In this document: positions 26,466-41,142 of the stretch, in pieces
How the letters are laid out: each line of letters begins with the position of its first letter
Position numbering within the stretch: position 1 is the stretch's first letter
Assembly: GCA_012026655.1 (NCBI GenBank)
Contig: JAAILG010000300.1
Location: forward strand, 1 to 64,000
Direction of reading: 5' to 3'
Source of the DNA: Hydrolagus affinis
Lineage: Eukaryota
DNA: 64,000 nt
Translations under genes and position numbers: made by a program
The notes under the pieces: model-generated
Told to the model about the DNA's origin: nothing
Database searches by the model: none
Seen by the model: the letters and a program-made list of their open reading frames with translations, nothing else

Positions 26466-28618
26466 ACAGACTCCAACTACATGTTATTAATTTAGTGAAA
26501 CTATTGTTATTTTGTATAATTCAATCGTTCCGCTGCTTTTTTATGCCAACATCCTCACTATATGATACAGCAGCCTTTTCTAAGCTACCTCATGTTTACT
26601 TGCATCTCTACATTCAGGTGGTTCAAATATTAGGTGATGGTGGGGGGAAGGGAATCATATTTTGCATAATATAACAAAAGGAAAAAGACTGTACAAGTTG
26701 AAACCAATCCATGTTTGACAAGTAATGGTAATGTGTGGGTTTAGTCTGACAAGGCAATCTGAGCTCCTTATTGCCTTTCCCAATGAGGATGATGACATAG
26801 AGAAATCCTCCTACAATGGACAAACACATCCATTTACCTCAAGACAGCCTTTGGCTATTCTCACAGTTAAGCCAAACATTATCTTGAAGAGCACACAGCA
26901 AAATGACTGTTTTTACAGTCATTTAGGTGCAGGTGAATCTATTCTGCTGACAGAACAAACTTGTTCCAAGCTTTCTGCTGATCTACAAATACCTTGTGTG
27001 ACTGGAAATCACAGTGCAGAATGGAAGACGTTTGATGAATTGTAGCTGACAGCAAAATGGGTGCACAATTTATGCATTATTAGCCTTTAGTTCTGGTTCT
27101 ACTGTCTACATGAGTAGCTGGATACATTTAGTGGGCCGCAGATCTGATAAACAAACAGAGCTGAACTTGGGAAGACCATGTGTGACCAACAATTGCATCA
27201 GTGATGGCCACTGCACAGCTTTCATTCTTGCTAATTGCTCTGTCAATCACGTTTACTTCAGCCATGCATTCCAGACTTGCTCAGGGAGTGCACTGCATTA
27301 CTGTGGACAAAGTGAGGATATGCACATCCATCAGGCTATGTGGTTCATTATTGTGTAATAACTTTTCTTAACCCTAACAGTCCCCCTTTCCCTCACTCTG
27401 TTGCTGAAGCCAGTGACTAAAGCTCGATTAGGCTTCAGTTGTGTGTGACTCAGTGCCTCCCCAATAGCAAGGCTTGGATTTGGAGCTTGGCAGTCATAAT
27501 AAATGCACAGCAACACCCCTCAGGTGGATTAAATACTTACTTTTCTGAAAATCCATGAAGCATTAAGGAATAATTGGGGAATATTCCAAAGCGGGGTTAA
27601 TTCATCTTTGTAAGGATCCCCTGTCCCCACTATTCTTCTTCAGCATACTTCTTTAGCAAGTGTTAACGAAACCAGTGCTGTTGAGGATTTTGTGACTCAG
27701 ATATTAATAGATATCCTAAAAAGTAGACACTTAAAAGTTTAGATCATGAAATTATCTCGCTTGTTTTCCTATCTACTGGTTTAAGTCTCCCTTGTTTAGA
27801 TAATATAAACCGCTTCAGGGTGGAAAGACTATTTGTTCCCGGGTCATTGCCAATGTTGTTTAATCTATCTGGAAACCAGTGCCTTAGTCACACCGCTGGA
27901 GGTGAAATAATTTTGCTTCCATAGCAGGGTGATGTGGAGCAAAGCCTCTGCTCAATGCATTCCCACCTTCTACTCTTCTGTCTCCTCCCCCACCATCTCT
28001 AACCATCTTTAAATTCTGTTTTTAAACCTACCTCTTTACCCTCACCCTTAATTACCACCTCCTCCCCCTCTACCTTGCTCAGCATCCAACCCAGTCATTG
28101 TGAAGTCCTCTGAAACATTATCCTATGTGATGGCTGATGAATAAATACAAGTTGTGGTACTGAACCAGGGGCACTTAACAACCACATAATATCAGAGTTC
28201 TGTAGGGGTGTAACTATATGTTTTGCAAAATGTCTGTAATCGATTGTTAGTATTTTAATGTACTTACAGAGAAAATATTACAAAAGGCTGTTGAATAGCA
28301 TTAAATGAAAAGGTCAGTTAGAAAAAAATGGTCATTTACTTTCAGTGTGTTTGTGGGACAATACTGTGTGCAAATTGGCTACTGCTTTGCCTACAAGTAC
28401 ATAGTCACTAACTCACAGAAAACTCTGCAAAGCACTTTGACATGCTGCAACATGATGTCAAATGTGAGGATAATTATTATTATTATTAGTGTTGTTATTA
28501 GTAGTAAAATATGGTTCTTTAAAATTCCTTGAATGACCATTGAGCCATCTAAGAACTTTCAAGGTATTGATCTGAATTGTAGCATTTCTGTTGCAGGTGA
28601 ATCAAAGTGCCTCTGAAC

Positions 28619-28846
28619 TAGGGTCCGTCGATATGGAAATTTTCCGATATCGATATATCGGTGGGCTCATATCGATATATACCGATATATCGATATCGCC
28701 GGGTTTCTTTATACAGTGTATGCGCGCGCATTCGGAGGTGCGCTAGGCTCTAGGCCCAGGAAGTTTGCAATGCCAGCGAAAAGGTAAGTTGAAAAAGTTC
28801 ACATTATACCGATATAACCGATATATCGATATATCGCCGGACACTA
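28619..28846. mobile_element. Non-autonomous hAT-type MITE
   Basis: TIRs TAGGGTCCGTCGATAT / ATATCGCCGGACACTA (14/16 match). 8-bp TSD CTCTGAAC (28611-28618) / CTCTGAAT (28847-28854). Subterminal (C)CGATAT repeats at both ends. Confidence 0.85.
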
Positions 28847-31800
28847 CTCTGAATGCATGGCCCTCAGCTAGCAAGCTCCAGCATCCAGCAATCCAGATTT
28901 ACACTGCAGTTTGCACAGTGACTCGCCATGAAACGTACTGTGTGAACACAAGGGTAGGAACTTCATGAGTGAGTCCTCCTTTGATCTTGCCTCTTTGAGG
29001 AAGCACACGACAAAGTACATTGCTTTAGATCTTCTCACCAATCATCCGTCTTCTGTGGTATCCAGTGGGCAAACGAGGAGAGTAATTATTATAAATAATA
29101 CATAATAATAATCCTTGCACTTGATATCGGACCTATAATATTGAAACAACATCTTTCGCCTCATGGTGGCTGATTTCCCAAGAATCGGATTGAACAAGGT
29201 TAATACAAGTTAAATATGAAGCACAATGGACTGATGGAAGCTTGTGAATAAAGTAAGATCTAAGCCAATTTGGACATTAATTACATAAAAAGGAGCAGGT
29301 TAAGTCCATTTGGCCACTTTTGTCACAGACTGCATAAAATCCACCCGATCATGTACTCTCCCCCAAAACGTTCCGTCTCAGGGAAAAGTTCTGCACACCT
29401 AGGTTGGGAGAGGTAACAGGAAAACTGCATACTGACTCATGGCAACATCACTGTAGGTTGATTACAGTACACATGCCTCTTTGAATTATAGTACTGTGTC
29501 AATACTTATTGGGTGGACTTTGACTGCCTCCATATTCATTTTGGGCCCTTTGTCTCTGGGAAAACCATGTACTGTAAATACTTAAGATAAGGTCCTCTTT
29601 CACATCGAGTTTTCAAATTTGCTTTTTGATAATTGCTGGCAACGCTTCAACTAATGAGGATGTCCCCAGGATGTCCACAGCAAGGCACATGTTTACCATG
29701 GCCTTTGACTGACACTCAAACACTCTGAGGCGCCGGCCAGCACGGAGGGCGCTGTATAAATGCAACTTGTTGTTGTTGTTGCCTTATGTACAAGAGGAAA
29801 CGGACCATTGATGCTGTCCTAGAATTGGAAAACGATTTCAGGAGAGAGGTTCACTTAAAATGATAGTGTCGCGATTCCTGAAAAACTCGAACAAAAAGTT
29901 TAACATGCTGGATGGACAAGATGTTCACCTTTCAAAATCTATCCTCCAAACACTCTTGAGATCCTTCCATCACAGCATCAAGCACTTTTTGTGTGAATCC
30001 AGTTTCCTGAACTTTTCATACCTCCTGGTAATCGTTCTGGTTAAATCCCCTCATTACCAGATACTGATATAATCTTACCCACTGAGTAAGCTTCATAGTG
30101 GTAATTCATTTCTAACACAATTGAAGATGCCTTTCAGTTTCCCTGTGACTTCCAAATCAAACATCGTGATGTGGGGCTGCTATAAATCTGGAGCAGGTTC
30201 CTGTGAGCCAACTCTGTCTCCATTACTGTAGTGGCTAGATAAAATATTTGCATGTCAAAGTGTCTCCGTGGTAGCACATTTACCACTGAGTCAGAAGATT
30301 GTGAGTTCAATCCCCATATCAGGACTTGGAATCTCAGTGTAAGATGAATGCTGGAGGACTGTTGGCAGCTGCGTAGAGCCTGGCATAGTATCCGGTGTAA
30401 AGTGATATAAAGCTGAAGGTTGTTTAAATCTCAGCAGTAGTGACGGCAGTGAAACCGTACTTGTAACTATCTCCTTGCCTTGAAAAAGAGCACACTTCAT
30501 ACATCATTTGTGTGCAAAACCTTATAAATATACCATATATATATATCATATATTTCTGTGATCAGGGGAAGAGAGAAAGGGCATGGGTATCTGATCAAAG
30601 TAAGGGGGAATATGAGATTAGATGTAATACTGGACATATTAAATCGGTCCGCCTATCAAAACACCTGTTCTGATTCGCGGTAATTATGTTTGAGGTATTC
30701 AAAAAAGTGCCAATTCATTTGTTTTGTATTTTAAACAACAGAAATGACGCATAGTAAATGCGTTTAGCAATTCCACAAACTAGCAATTCCTTATTTTCGA
30801 AGAAAGGAATTTAAAATCTTTCTTTATTAATCGGATAGTTAGTCACTATGTGTTCACTTGCTTCTCCTCCAGTTGAAATTGCTGCTGGTCTTTGCGCTTT
30901 AGGCGAGCTCCTCCAAAGAGAGAGCAAACTTTTCACTACAGACCTAGGGTCATTCCCACGCGGGTGGGTGGCAAACATATGTGGCTCTTTCAGTCTAGTT
31001 GGATGCTCTTAAACATGATGATGGGTTTCTACATGTGCCAGACCCTCGGCCAACCATAACAAAATGAGTTTGTGGCCCTAATGTGGAGCCTGAACACACA
31101 AGCTGAAACAATCTAAAAGAGTTCCTAAAAAGGGCAGGAATTCTGATTGGAGATCATGGCACCTGGAAAGTAGTGAGTAGCCTGTCTGTGTTTCTATGAT
31201 ATGTAACCGGTGAACGTGTTCATGGGTGGTCAGGGAGATGCAGTGATTTAAGTCCACAAGTTCCAATTTGGACTAGGGTGTGGAGTTTTGCAAAGAAAAC
31301 AAAATGCTGCAGCCAAAATGTCACAAAAGGCTGACGGGGACATTAAATACAGCAGTACGGTTGTCATGGTGCTTCGTAACGTTAGGCAGGTAACTATACT
31401 TGAAATGAGTATTTGTTTTCTCTTCCTACTTTCTCATTTGATTAGTTGCCTTAGATACGAAATAAGCATTTTTTTTAAACCACACCCTATTTGTGAGTGC
31501 GGTTTCTCACACTAAAAAAAAATGACATTTAGGGGCTTAGAAATATGTTAGATATGCCGCAAAACTGGGCTCCACCCCTATAATTGTCTTTATCTTCTGT
31601 GTTGCACACAGTGCAGCCAAAACAAACCCAAACAATTCCAAAATTGTCTTGGGAATGGTTGTTCCTGATGCCCCTGATATTCTTTCTCTGTTTCTTCGGA
31701 AACACTGGAGCTTTCTTCTTAAATTGCCTTATCAGTGCCTTTGGTCCACAGCCTCCTGTTTATCCAATGTGAAATCTGTTTTGCAACAACTTACCTGACA

Positions 31801-33503
31801 TAGATCATTTGAAGGTTTGGTGGAGTGCAAGCCCATATGACAGCGTACCTGCCGAGCAGCATAGCTATGTAAATAAGGCATCACAAAAGGGGTGGTTTTG
31901 CAGAAAAACACTGGGTGTGAATCACCTTTCCACATTGCATCTAATACTCCAATCAGGTATTGAGGGAGGGGTCCTAATCTCAATGTTTTGAAGCCTGAAA
32001 TTTCACCCGGTCCTGATCTATAGCCTTTGCGTTTTCTTTAAATATGCCCATAGAGAGTCAAGTGCGCTTTACAATATATTCTGTGAAGCACTTTGAGACG
32101 TCTCAACAATGTGATCAGGTGCTATATCAAGTACAAGGAGTATTATTATTGACACTGGAAATTCTCAAAATGTTGAGAATTTTGCCACAGCTCTGAGCAA
32201 TCTGAAATTATAAGACAAAATGATCTCACGTGCTAAGATTAGGTGGGAGTTCAAGACAGTGATACTTCTATTACTTATTAAAATCCATCAAATAATGAAA
32301 ACTTTAAAGTCTCATCATAGAACTGGCTAAAGTTTACATATCAGCACATCTTTCATCAATAGCCCCCAGGAGATCCACCCCACCTGTTAACAAGTTAAAT
32401 ATCCTAGGAATGCAACATCCTTGACTGTCCATTGAATAACAGCAGAGGTAACTTTATACCGAGTTTCTCTTTGGGTCTCAAACTGATGTAAAGGGAAGTA
32501 TTAACTGGGAAGTATTCAATGAGGACTTTCCTCTGTTTCAGCTGGCGTTGGCTGGTCATCGCATTGCAGGTGACAGAAAGGTGGATTTCTTAAAGGAACG
32601 CCTGGAGGCCTGGTGAAGCAATGGCAAACCTGGATTGCCCTCTACTTTTGTTTGTCACAGGCCATGTCACATTCCAGCCTTAGACACAACCCAGCTGTGT
32701 TTATTCTCAAAAAGACTTTATTGTTGAACTTTTCCAGGGAGTGACTATGCACAAGAACTCAAACTGCAAAAAAAAAATTCTGACAAGTTGCCGTAGGCCT
32801 TTTGTGACATTTTGACTGCAGTATTTTTCTTTCCTTTGCAGATAATCTCATCCTAATTTCCATTCTGGTCTTAAATTTGGTCCTGTCTGTCTATTCAGGT
32901 TAGACGCTGAAGATTCCATGGCACTATTTGCAAAGAGAAGGGAGTTTTTCTTGGTGTGCCTGCAAACAATCCCCCAGAAAAATTTGGTTATTCACTTCAT
33001 GGTTGTTTGTGGGCTATTGCTTTGGCCCACAATTACCTGTCGGGGTTCACCTGGAAAATAGATAGTCACTACACTCAATAGTGTATGCCTTGAAGTGCTG
33101 TGAGAATATTGACCGGGTGATAAATTGCTGCACTAAAATAAATATTATTATCATTATGTATGAATACAGAATAATTTACAATAATAGGCAGGAAAATTGG
33201 CCAATTCCTGTCCAGTGACATCTTCTGGAGGTTTTGTTGTGTCAGGACTGAATATATAAATTCATTCAAGTCTAAATATATGAATATAAACAAGCTATAT
33301 CATGTTTTCTAGTCATCTGATTGTGCTTCACTGCAAAAGTGCAGCCAATTTGCAAACTGCAATAACACACAAACATCCATGAAATGAATGACCACTTTTA
33401 TTTGGGGGACAGCTGGCTATTTGCTGCCTAATGAAAAACTGGTGAGTGCTCCTGGAATCTTAGCCCAGTGGAGGAATGAGGAGTCAAATTCCTAAAATCA
33501 GAG

Positions 33504-33608
33504 AATTATAGAATCATAGAATTTTACAGTATAAAAGGAGGCCATTCGGCCCATCGAGTGGGGCCGAATGGCCTCTTTTATGCTGTAAAATTCTATGATT
33601 CTATAATT
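33504..33608. repeat. Near-perfect inverted repeat made of two CR1 3' tails
   Basis: aattatagaatcatagaattttacagtataaaaggaggccattcggccc-atcgagtg-gggccgaatggcctcttttatgctgtaaaattctatgattctataatt. The gggccgaatggcct..(ttctatga)n motif is the CR1 terminus, also seen at ~61246. Confidence 0.85.
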
Positions 33609-36600
33609 TACTATGTTAGTATGTCAGCAGTCTGCTCGGGAACAGAGCAAACCAACAGGAAGTGTACCAGAGTAAAGTAGATACATACTGTACAGGGAAA
33701 AGGCAAGTAAACAGGACTCAAAGAACCAACTACCAAACACACAGTCAATCATTTACAGTGAATCCTGTGAAGCGCTTTGAGGTGTCCTCCTGACGTAAAA
33801 TGGCCCTGTACCAAATGTAAAGATTATTCATTATTATTTATTAAGAATCATTGGATTTGTGAAAGAACCAACAATAATAATTCTTCCATTTAGTAGAACA
33901 CCTCATCACACGGTCGAGACTTTCTCAAAGTGTTTCAGGGGATTTCAGGAAAGATCCTACAAAACAAATGGCCTTTCTCTGGTCTGTAAATTTCTGTGGT
34001 TCTGTGGACACGGCAGCAATAAAATGAAGTAAATGTTTTATCTCTCAAAGTGCAATTCTAAAGGGACGTCACCAGCTGGTAACCAAAGTAAAACAAATCA
34101 ATTAAAGTGACAGAAATTAGTTTACTTTTGTTCATAACTGCTACCACTCCTTCCAACAATCGCAAAAGGCACACACACCCAGAGAAGGCAATTAACTTTC
34201 TGGTGGGAGGAGATTGTCTGACACCCACATGTGTGTTTCTATCTGGAAGACCTATAGTCATGTGCCCTCCAGCAAGGGCGCAGTATCACTATGACCGGAG
34301 CAGGAATTGTTTTAACACTTTCTGCACTCAATCATGTGGAAAGTATTGCTGTTTTTTTCCCGTCTTATATTGCTTATTACATGAATCCCCATTATCTTTG
34401 TAAAGACTTTGAGATGTTCGTGTATAAAAGGTGCTGTTGTTGTTGTTGTTGTTGTTTCATTACATTTGCTTTTAATCTACGAGCGTGATTTTCGATGAAA
34501 GGCCAGACTGGACACATTGCCTCTCTAAGCATTTCAGCACTTTCCAGAAAAATAGAAAAATAACTTATTGTGACTTTAACATCTGTGTAGTTTGGGCAGT
34601 TTGAACAAATTTGATATCAGAGCACAATTTCTATACGTACCCTCCCAGTGTTTTCTTCCTTTAAATCCAGCAATGGGAATGACAATGAACAAGTGACTTG
34701 AATGGGTATTTTTCTAATCAAAGTCCTCAAATATAAGATAGTGTCAAGCATAAATATAATAATGTCAAAATAAGTATCAAGTTCTAGGAATTGTCACATT
34801 ACAACAACAACAACAACAACAAATTACATTTATAGAGCGCCTTTCACGTCGGGAGGACGTCCCAAGGCGCTGCACAGGGGGAGTGTGACCCGAGCTGGGA
34901 GGGGAGTGTTTGGGCGGGGGTGAAACACGAAGCACAGTACATTGTTACCTTGGATTGCAAACATTGTAAAAATAAAGCATACGTTTGAATCCCATTCCAT
35001 TCCCTTGTTTCTTCCCATTTTTTAAGGCTGAGAGAATAGGTCAGTGAGATCTCAGTTATGTAGATTTCTGCTTGTCAATGTTACCACTGACTGATTCATA
35101 CATGACTTTTTAGAGGGACAGACACACCTGGAAGCAGAGAAAGTGATGACAGTGTGAAGAACATAGTAACTTGGGAATTATTGGAGATGGTGGTAGGATG
35201 TTAAAGGCAATAAATAAGTGAGCCCGCTATGGAATGGAACTCAGCAAAACCCACAAGACTGCAAACCATGACCAACTCCGAAGATAAAAACCTCAATGAG
35301 ATCCTTCATCTACTTCTAAATATAATTGCTATAATAAAAATAATCTGGCATTTGATAAAGCACTTATCATATCAGGAGGATATCTCAAAGTGCTACACAG
35401 TATTTACTGGTGAAGTAGACTTGCTGTATTTTTTAGGCAAACACAACAGCTAATTTAAGCACAGCAATGTAATGAATAACCAATATTATTTGGGGAATTG
35501 TTGGCCCAAACACCAGAAGAAACCCCCTTCTCTTTTCGAATAGTTCCATGCGATCTTTATGAATGAACAAATTGATAGTATGAACACACAAATACTGTAC
35601 TATGCTGCACTGGAGTTCTGAGTCTGAATATATGACACAGGTCGGAGCTTGGATTTATTGAACGGTAGGATTTACATGGTTTTATTTCTGTCCCAACTAT
35701 CACAGTTCATAACATCACAAGATAGAATTGGATGAAGAAAGCCCTTTGACCCATCCAATCTCATCCTCCCAAAACACCCACCCTCTATCACTGCATCAAA
35801 TCATCATGGAGTTTGCTCCGAACAAATTAGACAAAATCAATAGATTCTGCGAACCCTTTTTCGGTTTAAACCGTGTGTTGGAAAATATAATGTATGCAAT
35901 ATTGGAAATGGTGAATTATCCAAAAAGCTAGCTATCTAATTTCATATCTGTAGGCAGAGGCTGTGCGGAGCCCAGCAGCCAGAAGGCAGACAGCGGCATC
36001 TCATTCTCAGGAGACGGAAGTCTTGCTAGGCAATGAAACCACCTGGAGCTCTGAGCATAATTAGTTTAACAATAATAATAATTTTTAAATAATGCTAGAA
36101 TATAATAAATAAAAGCCCCATATCATGTAATTGAGGCAGCTACGGTCCATTCCTCTCGATTGATTGTCCTTTAACACATTTGCATCTCTTACACCAGTTG
36201 TTTGAAAGATCACCTCAATGGCGCTTCCATCTCATCATTGATTCATTGTAGAATTTCTTACCTTGGCTCTGAACCTATTTGTGTTGTGTGATTTCCCCCC
36301 GTGCCCACCCCCCACCCACCCACCCCCACCCACCCCCGGTTTTATCCTAGAATGATTATTTCAAAAAATTATTTTCCAGAAATAAGCCAAATTTGAGCCA
36401 GTACAGAGCGGTGTGATGAGGTACCAGGTGAATTTATTCTTACTCACTGGCCCTGGTGACATAATAATAGGCTTTGCAGTGCTTCGGGGACAACAAGGCT
36501 TTGAAGCCTATTATTAATTCTAATGCACAGCCATACAATCTACATTAATATAATTATCGGCCCTCGAAAGCGATTGACTTATTGTATTCTAAATTACATG

Positions 36601-38336
36601 GTGCACACTTGTTACTTACTGGTTTTCTTTCCCTCGCAGACAGTATGTGCCACAGGATTAGCACAAAAGTAAAGTCTGGAAGGTCAACATAGTTAATGTC
36701 TCTTCTTATTCTAAGGACTAAGGAAATACAGTGTAATTCTGCAAACTCAGGGAAGCAGCTGTGTTTATTGGTGCCTTTAAAGAAAGGCGACAGGTTGATG
36801 GTGCTCGAGCATGCAGGGTGATATCTGATGCTCAATTCAAGTGATGATTGAACAGTGACTGGAGCACTCCAACATCACCCCCTTATTTACTGCAGAAATG
36901 CAGACGCGAAATTGATTGGCTCTTTAAAGATGGCTCGGGCACCAGTAGTCATCACAGCCAATGTGGAAATGCATATGTTTTCTCCAGGATACAGCACAAG
37001 AGAAATATGTTCAGGAGAGGGAACCCTGGCTGAATTGTTTTCTCTCTGGTCGACTGGTTGCGATTCCAAAATCCAATGGGCACATTACTGCTGCAATACA
37101 AAATAGAAAAATGCAAGCTGTTGTTGCTGTATTGTACGTTATGTTTAAGTCAACTAACTCAGCCACAGATGAGGAGTCCTACCTGAGGCATTCCTGGACT
37201 ATATGGCCAATTTCCAGACCACAATTGTATATAGGGCTTTTGTGTTACTTAAAGTTGTTTATGGTTCCTTGAAATCGCATCAGGTTCCCTGAGGTCTATC
37301 ATTACCATCCTCACCTGGCTCCCCAACCCCGAGAAGATCCAGTTCCAGGTCCTCGTCCTCACTTTAAAATCTTTCCATGGTATTTCTCCACCCTACTCCG
37401 TTGACCTTCTAAAACCCTACCAACCTGGCCACTCGCTCCGCTAGACAGGCACTGGCCTGGTTCACCACCCACCTTGCCAGTCTCATGCCCTTCCTCCATG
37501 ATCAAGTCTTTGGTCAAATTCCCACCACCCACCTCCCTTAGTTCCCACCTCTCCTTAATCCAACTCCCAGCTCGGGTGCAAAATCACCTTGACTGTTCAG
37601 TGTCTGGAGACATCTTCCCAACATTAAAGGCACTATCTGAATGCAATTGTTGTTGTTAAACTACCACTATTAATTGTACTTAAGACTTTTCTTTCGATGT
37701 GTAGGAAGAAAATGTCCATAAGATCACTGTTCTCTGGCTCACTGTAAAATTAATGTTCTTCTCGGTTTTACACAAGCTATAAAGGAGTGCCTGACCCAAG
37801 AAAGGACACACCTATTTCTGAAGAGTTATTTACTTGCTGGATTAATAGCTGTGATTGTGTACATAGCGCATTCAAAACGAGTCCTATTCAGTATCCTCTT
37901 TCTTTTGTATCCTGGAGAGAACAAAATTGAGATGCCAATAAATGACAAAACTATTGGCAGCTCAGATTACAAGCTGTTTAATTGAACTGCAAAACAGCAT
38001 AATAAAAAACAAGAATAGATTGACATCGGTGAGAAAGTGCTTTTAAAGGGGGTTCAAAACACCTTGACCGCAACGTTTGTTCACATTTCTTCACATATGT
38101 TGCTGTCCAGTTTTCCTCCACTGGGTCAGTGGGTATACAGTATATGCAACATGTTACTGGGAACATACTGGGAAGAATCGAGGCCTATTTCCCCAATGCC
38201 AGCCTGCATGGCTTTACTGCTTTCCTGCTCCAGATCTTGGGAATTCTTACTGTATTTCTTAAATAGAAACATCGCAAATTAGACCTGACTGTATTCCACT
38301 CTTGCATCACGGATGCCTGTGATGCTGTAGTATAGT

Positions 38337-38738
38337 GGACTCCTACAGCATTGTGGTTAGCACTCTCCCCTTGCAAGCAAGAGATCCAGGTTTGGTTAAA
38401 CCTCAGGCAAATATACTTACTCCACACACCTCTGTTTCCCTGGAAGTAAGTCGGAACCCAGCGGTTTCCCAATTGGCGATTCGCTTTCTGGTGATAATAA
38501 TCCCTTTTTAAAAAAAATATTTGGCCCCAGCAATGCATGACTGTTTGTGGGACTTTGCTGTGTAACTTGCTGCTGCCTTTCGGCCACAAAATCCACTTTA
38601 CAATATATTCTATCAAGCGCTTTAAGATGTCTCAACGACGTGAAAAGGCACTATATCAACAACACCAACAACAAAGTTACATTTGTCTAGCGCCTTTCAT
38701 GTCGAGGGGATGTCCTAAATGCAAGGATTACTATTATT
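38337..38738 (+). mobile_element. tRNA-derived SINE with an antisense L2 tail inserted in its 3' end
   Basis: Head ggactcctacagcattgtggttagcactctccccttgcaagcaag, core, and tail split at ctatatc|aacaacacc..gggatgtcct|aaatgcaagg. Confidence 0.8.
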
Positions 38739-39331
38739 TTTCCCTGCAGAGTAGAAGTGTGGCAGTGTGGGGGAAAAGCATCATTACCTACCAATATTGT
38801 AATGCTATTGTCTCCACATCACTTCACTTCCCAGCCCATCACATCATTCAAAAAGCATCATTAATAAATTACTTAATTGTCGGTCATCACAAGTCTTTTA
38901 AATGAGACTTTTCTGCCAGCTGGCTGTTCATCTCCTTTGCCTATTGAACAACTTGCTCCAAGCTGTGTAAACGTATGAATTATTTAAACACAGGTTAACA
39001 ATACGAAAATGGTACATGTGTATTCAACTCTAATGACTGCACTTCAATACAACTTAGCATCGCATGATAAAAGAAATGTGTACATTTTTATTTACAGCCA
39101 ATGGATGTTTCACATTACATCTTTAAATTTACTTGCAAATACCTTATCATGTTTGTAGTGCTTCATATTAAATGAACATTGCACAGCTGTGCAACACTCA
39201 ATCCTTAAGATGCTTTTTATTCTTTCAAACGCGCTGACTGCCATTAAGCACTTGTACTACAGATGAATGACGATGGGCTTACGTTTATTTCTTCCAGCTG
39301 TCTCCGCCTGTATATCCATTAGCAAGCACTT

Positions 39332-39700
39332 TAATAATAATAATCCTCGTATCTGATGTAGCACTTTCTCATGTTGATGAGCCATCTCAAAACGCCTCAC
39401 AGGATTAACTTTAAAGCATATTGGCTGTATATTTGTAAGCAAATACTGCAGTTTCCGCACTCCCATGTTCCATACAGCTGTAAAGTTTAGTTGGGGTTTG
39501 TTTCCTAGGTACTGAGAGAAACTCCCTGGGATCTTTAACATCCACCTAAACAGGCGAATAAGATATTGATTTAACATCTCATCTGAATTAAGGCACCTCC
39601 GACAATGCAGCATACCCTAGCACTTAACTGAAGAATCACTCTAAACTGAATAAGCTCCATGTGATTGAGGTTTGAACCCACCACCTTTTGACTCAGAAGC
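39332..39700 (-). mobile_element. Older long Deu-domain SINE
   Basis: gggatctttaacatccacctaaacaggc..ggcacctccgacaatgcagcat..tttgaacccaccaccttttgactcaga. Confidence 0.75.
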
Positions 39701-40415
39701 AGTAACTGGACTGTTCCCACCACCAACTATGCACTTTAAATTCTCACCAAATGTATGTGATTGTGATTTTTTTTTCAGGTATTATGTGTGAACTTTATGA
39801 TGTATAAAAAAAAATTGTCCGAAGATCAATCTGAACAGACTGAGACTGAATAAATAATTGCGGTGCAAGCATTTAATGAAATATGATTACGGTTGTGGAT
39901 TTAATACTTTGCTTTCATCACATTATAGACTGTAGTTTTTAGCAAGCCATATCCGGTCAAACATCATTAAAACCTCTCTAATAAAGATTTCTCCTTGAGG
40001 TTCACAACACTATTGCAGAACGTATATACATGTGTTTAGCCTGGCTGTTAAAACTTCCACAATGAGGTATAAACTGTGAGATTCACAGAAGAATTTATAA
40101 ATAGCAAATGACCAATGCGTGACCCAGATGTGCCTCTCCAGACTTTGACTTGGATGTAGATTCCATTTTCAACCTTCTCTTATCGTAGCCTTGGCAATTG
40201 GAATGAGATTGGTGCCTGAGTAGAGTTTGAGATTTTCAATTTCTATCGTCCTCATTATGGGTTGATTTGTATTGTGTGATTAATCATATATTTGTTAATA
40301 TAAATAAATATCTTCCCCAAAGAATACAATCAGAAAGTCTCGGAATCTTGGCATCAACCTCACTTCATACACGGAATCACAGTCAAACATTGGGATGGTT
40401 TCAATGCCTGAAATT

Positions 40416-40745
40416 AACATAGGAACAGGAGAAGGCCATTCAGCCCCTCGAGCCTGTTCTGCCATTCTATGTAACATAATGGCTTATCTGTATCTTAACT
40501 CCAAATGCCCACCATTGCCCCACATGCCTTGATACTCTTACCTAACAACAATCTATCGATTGTAGTACAAGTGCTTAATGGGCAGTCAGTCAACAATCAA
40601 TCTTTCCCCAGCAACTTCTGTTTTTGTTTCAGATTCCCAGCATCTGTAGTATTTTGTGTTTTGAACAATCTATCGGTGTCAGTCTTGAAAATTTTAATTG
40701 ATCCAGCATCCATAGCCTTTTGGGGGAAGAGAGTTCCAGATTTTA
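40416..40745 (-). mobile_element. CR1 LINE 3' end, interrupted at ~40560-40665 by a fragment of the palindromic element seen at 56159
   Basis: acataggaacaggagaaggccattcagcccctcgagcctgttctgcc.. is a CR1 terminus. aacaatctatcg occurs on both sides of the insert, which contains tttccccagcaacttctgtttttgtttcagattcccagcatctgtag. Confidence 0.75.
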
Positions 40746-41142
40746 ATGTTACTTACAATTGTGAATTGACAATTGTGACAATTAGCAGTAATATAGTTTT
40801 GAATGCATGTTGCAATGTTGTGTTGCCAAGGTTTAGGAACAAAAATACCTGTCTCTTGCCCTTCTCTCTCTCTCACCTTCCAGGCTCAAACTGTGGACCA
40901 GGAAGGTAAAATGGATAAATGAGTAAAAGTAGAGAAGGAAGAGAGGAATTAGATTACATTACTTAAACAAAGGTATGCTGAAGAATGTCACATATGACCA
41001 AGAAATCCAATATCTTTAGAGAAAGAATTGATATGTTTTCTGTCAATTGGCAGAGAATAGAAATGAGGGTTAATTTTCTAACTTCAACACCAGGAAATGT
41101 ATAATTTAGGGGAAGATCGCATTTCTGCATCTACAACAGAAG

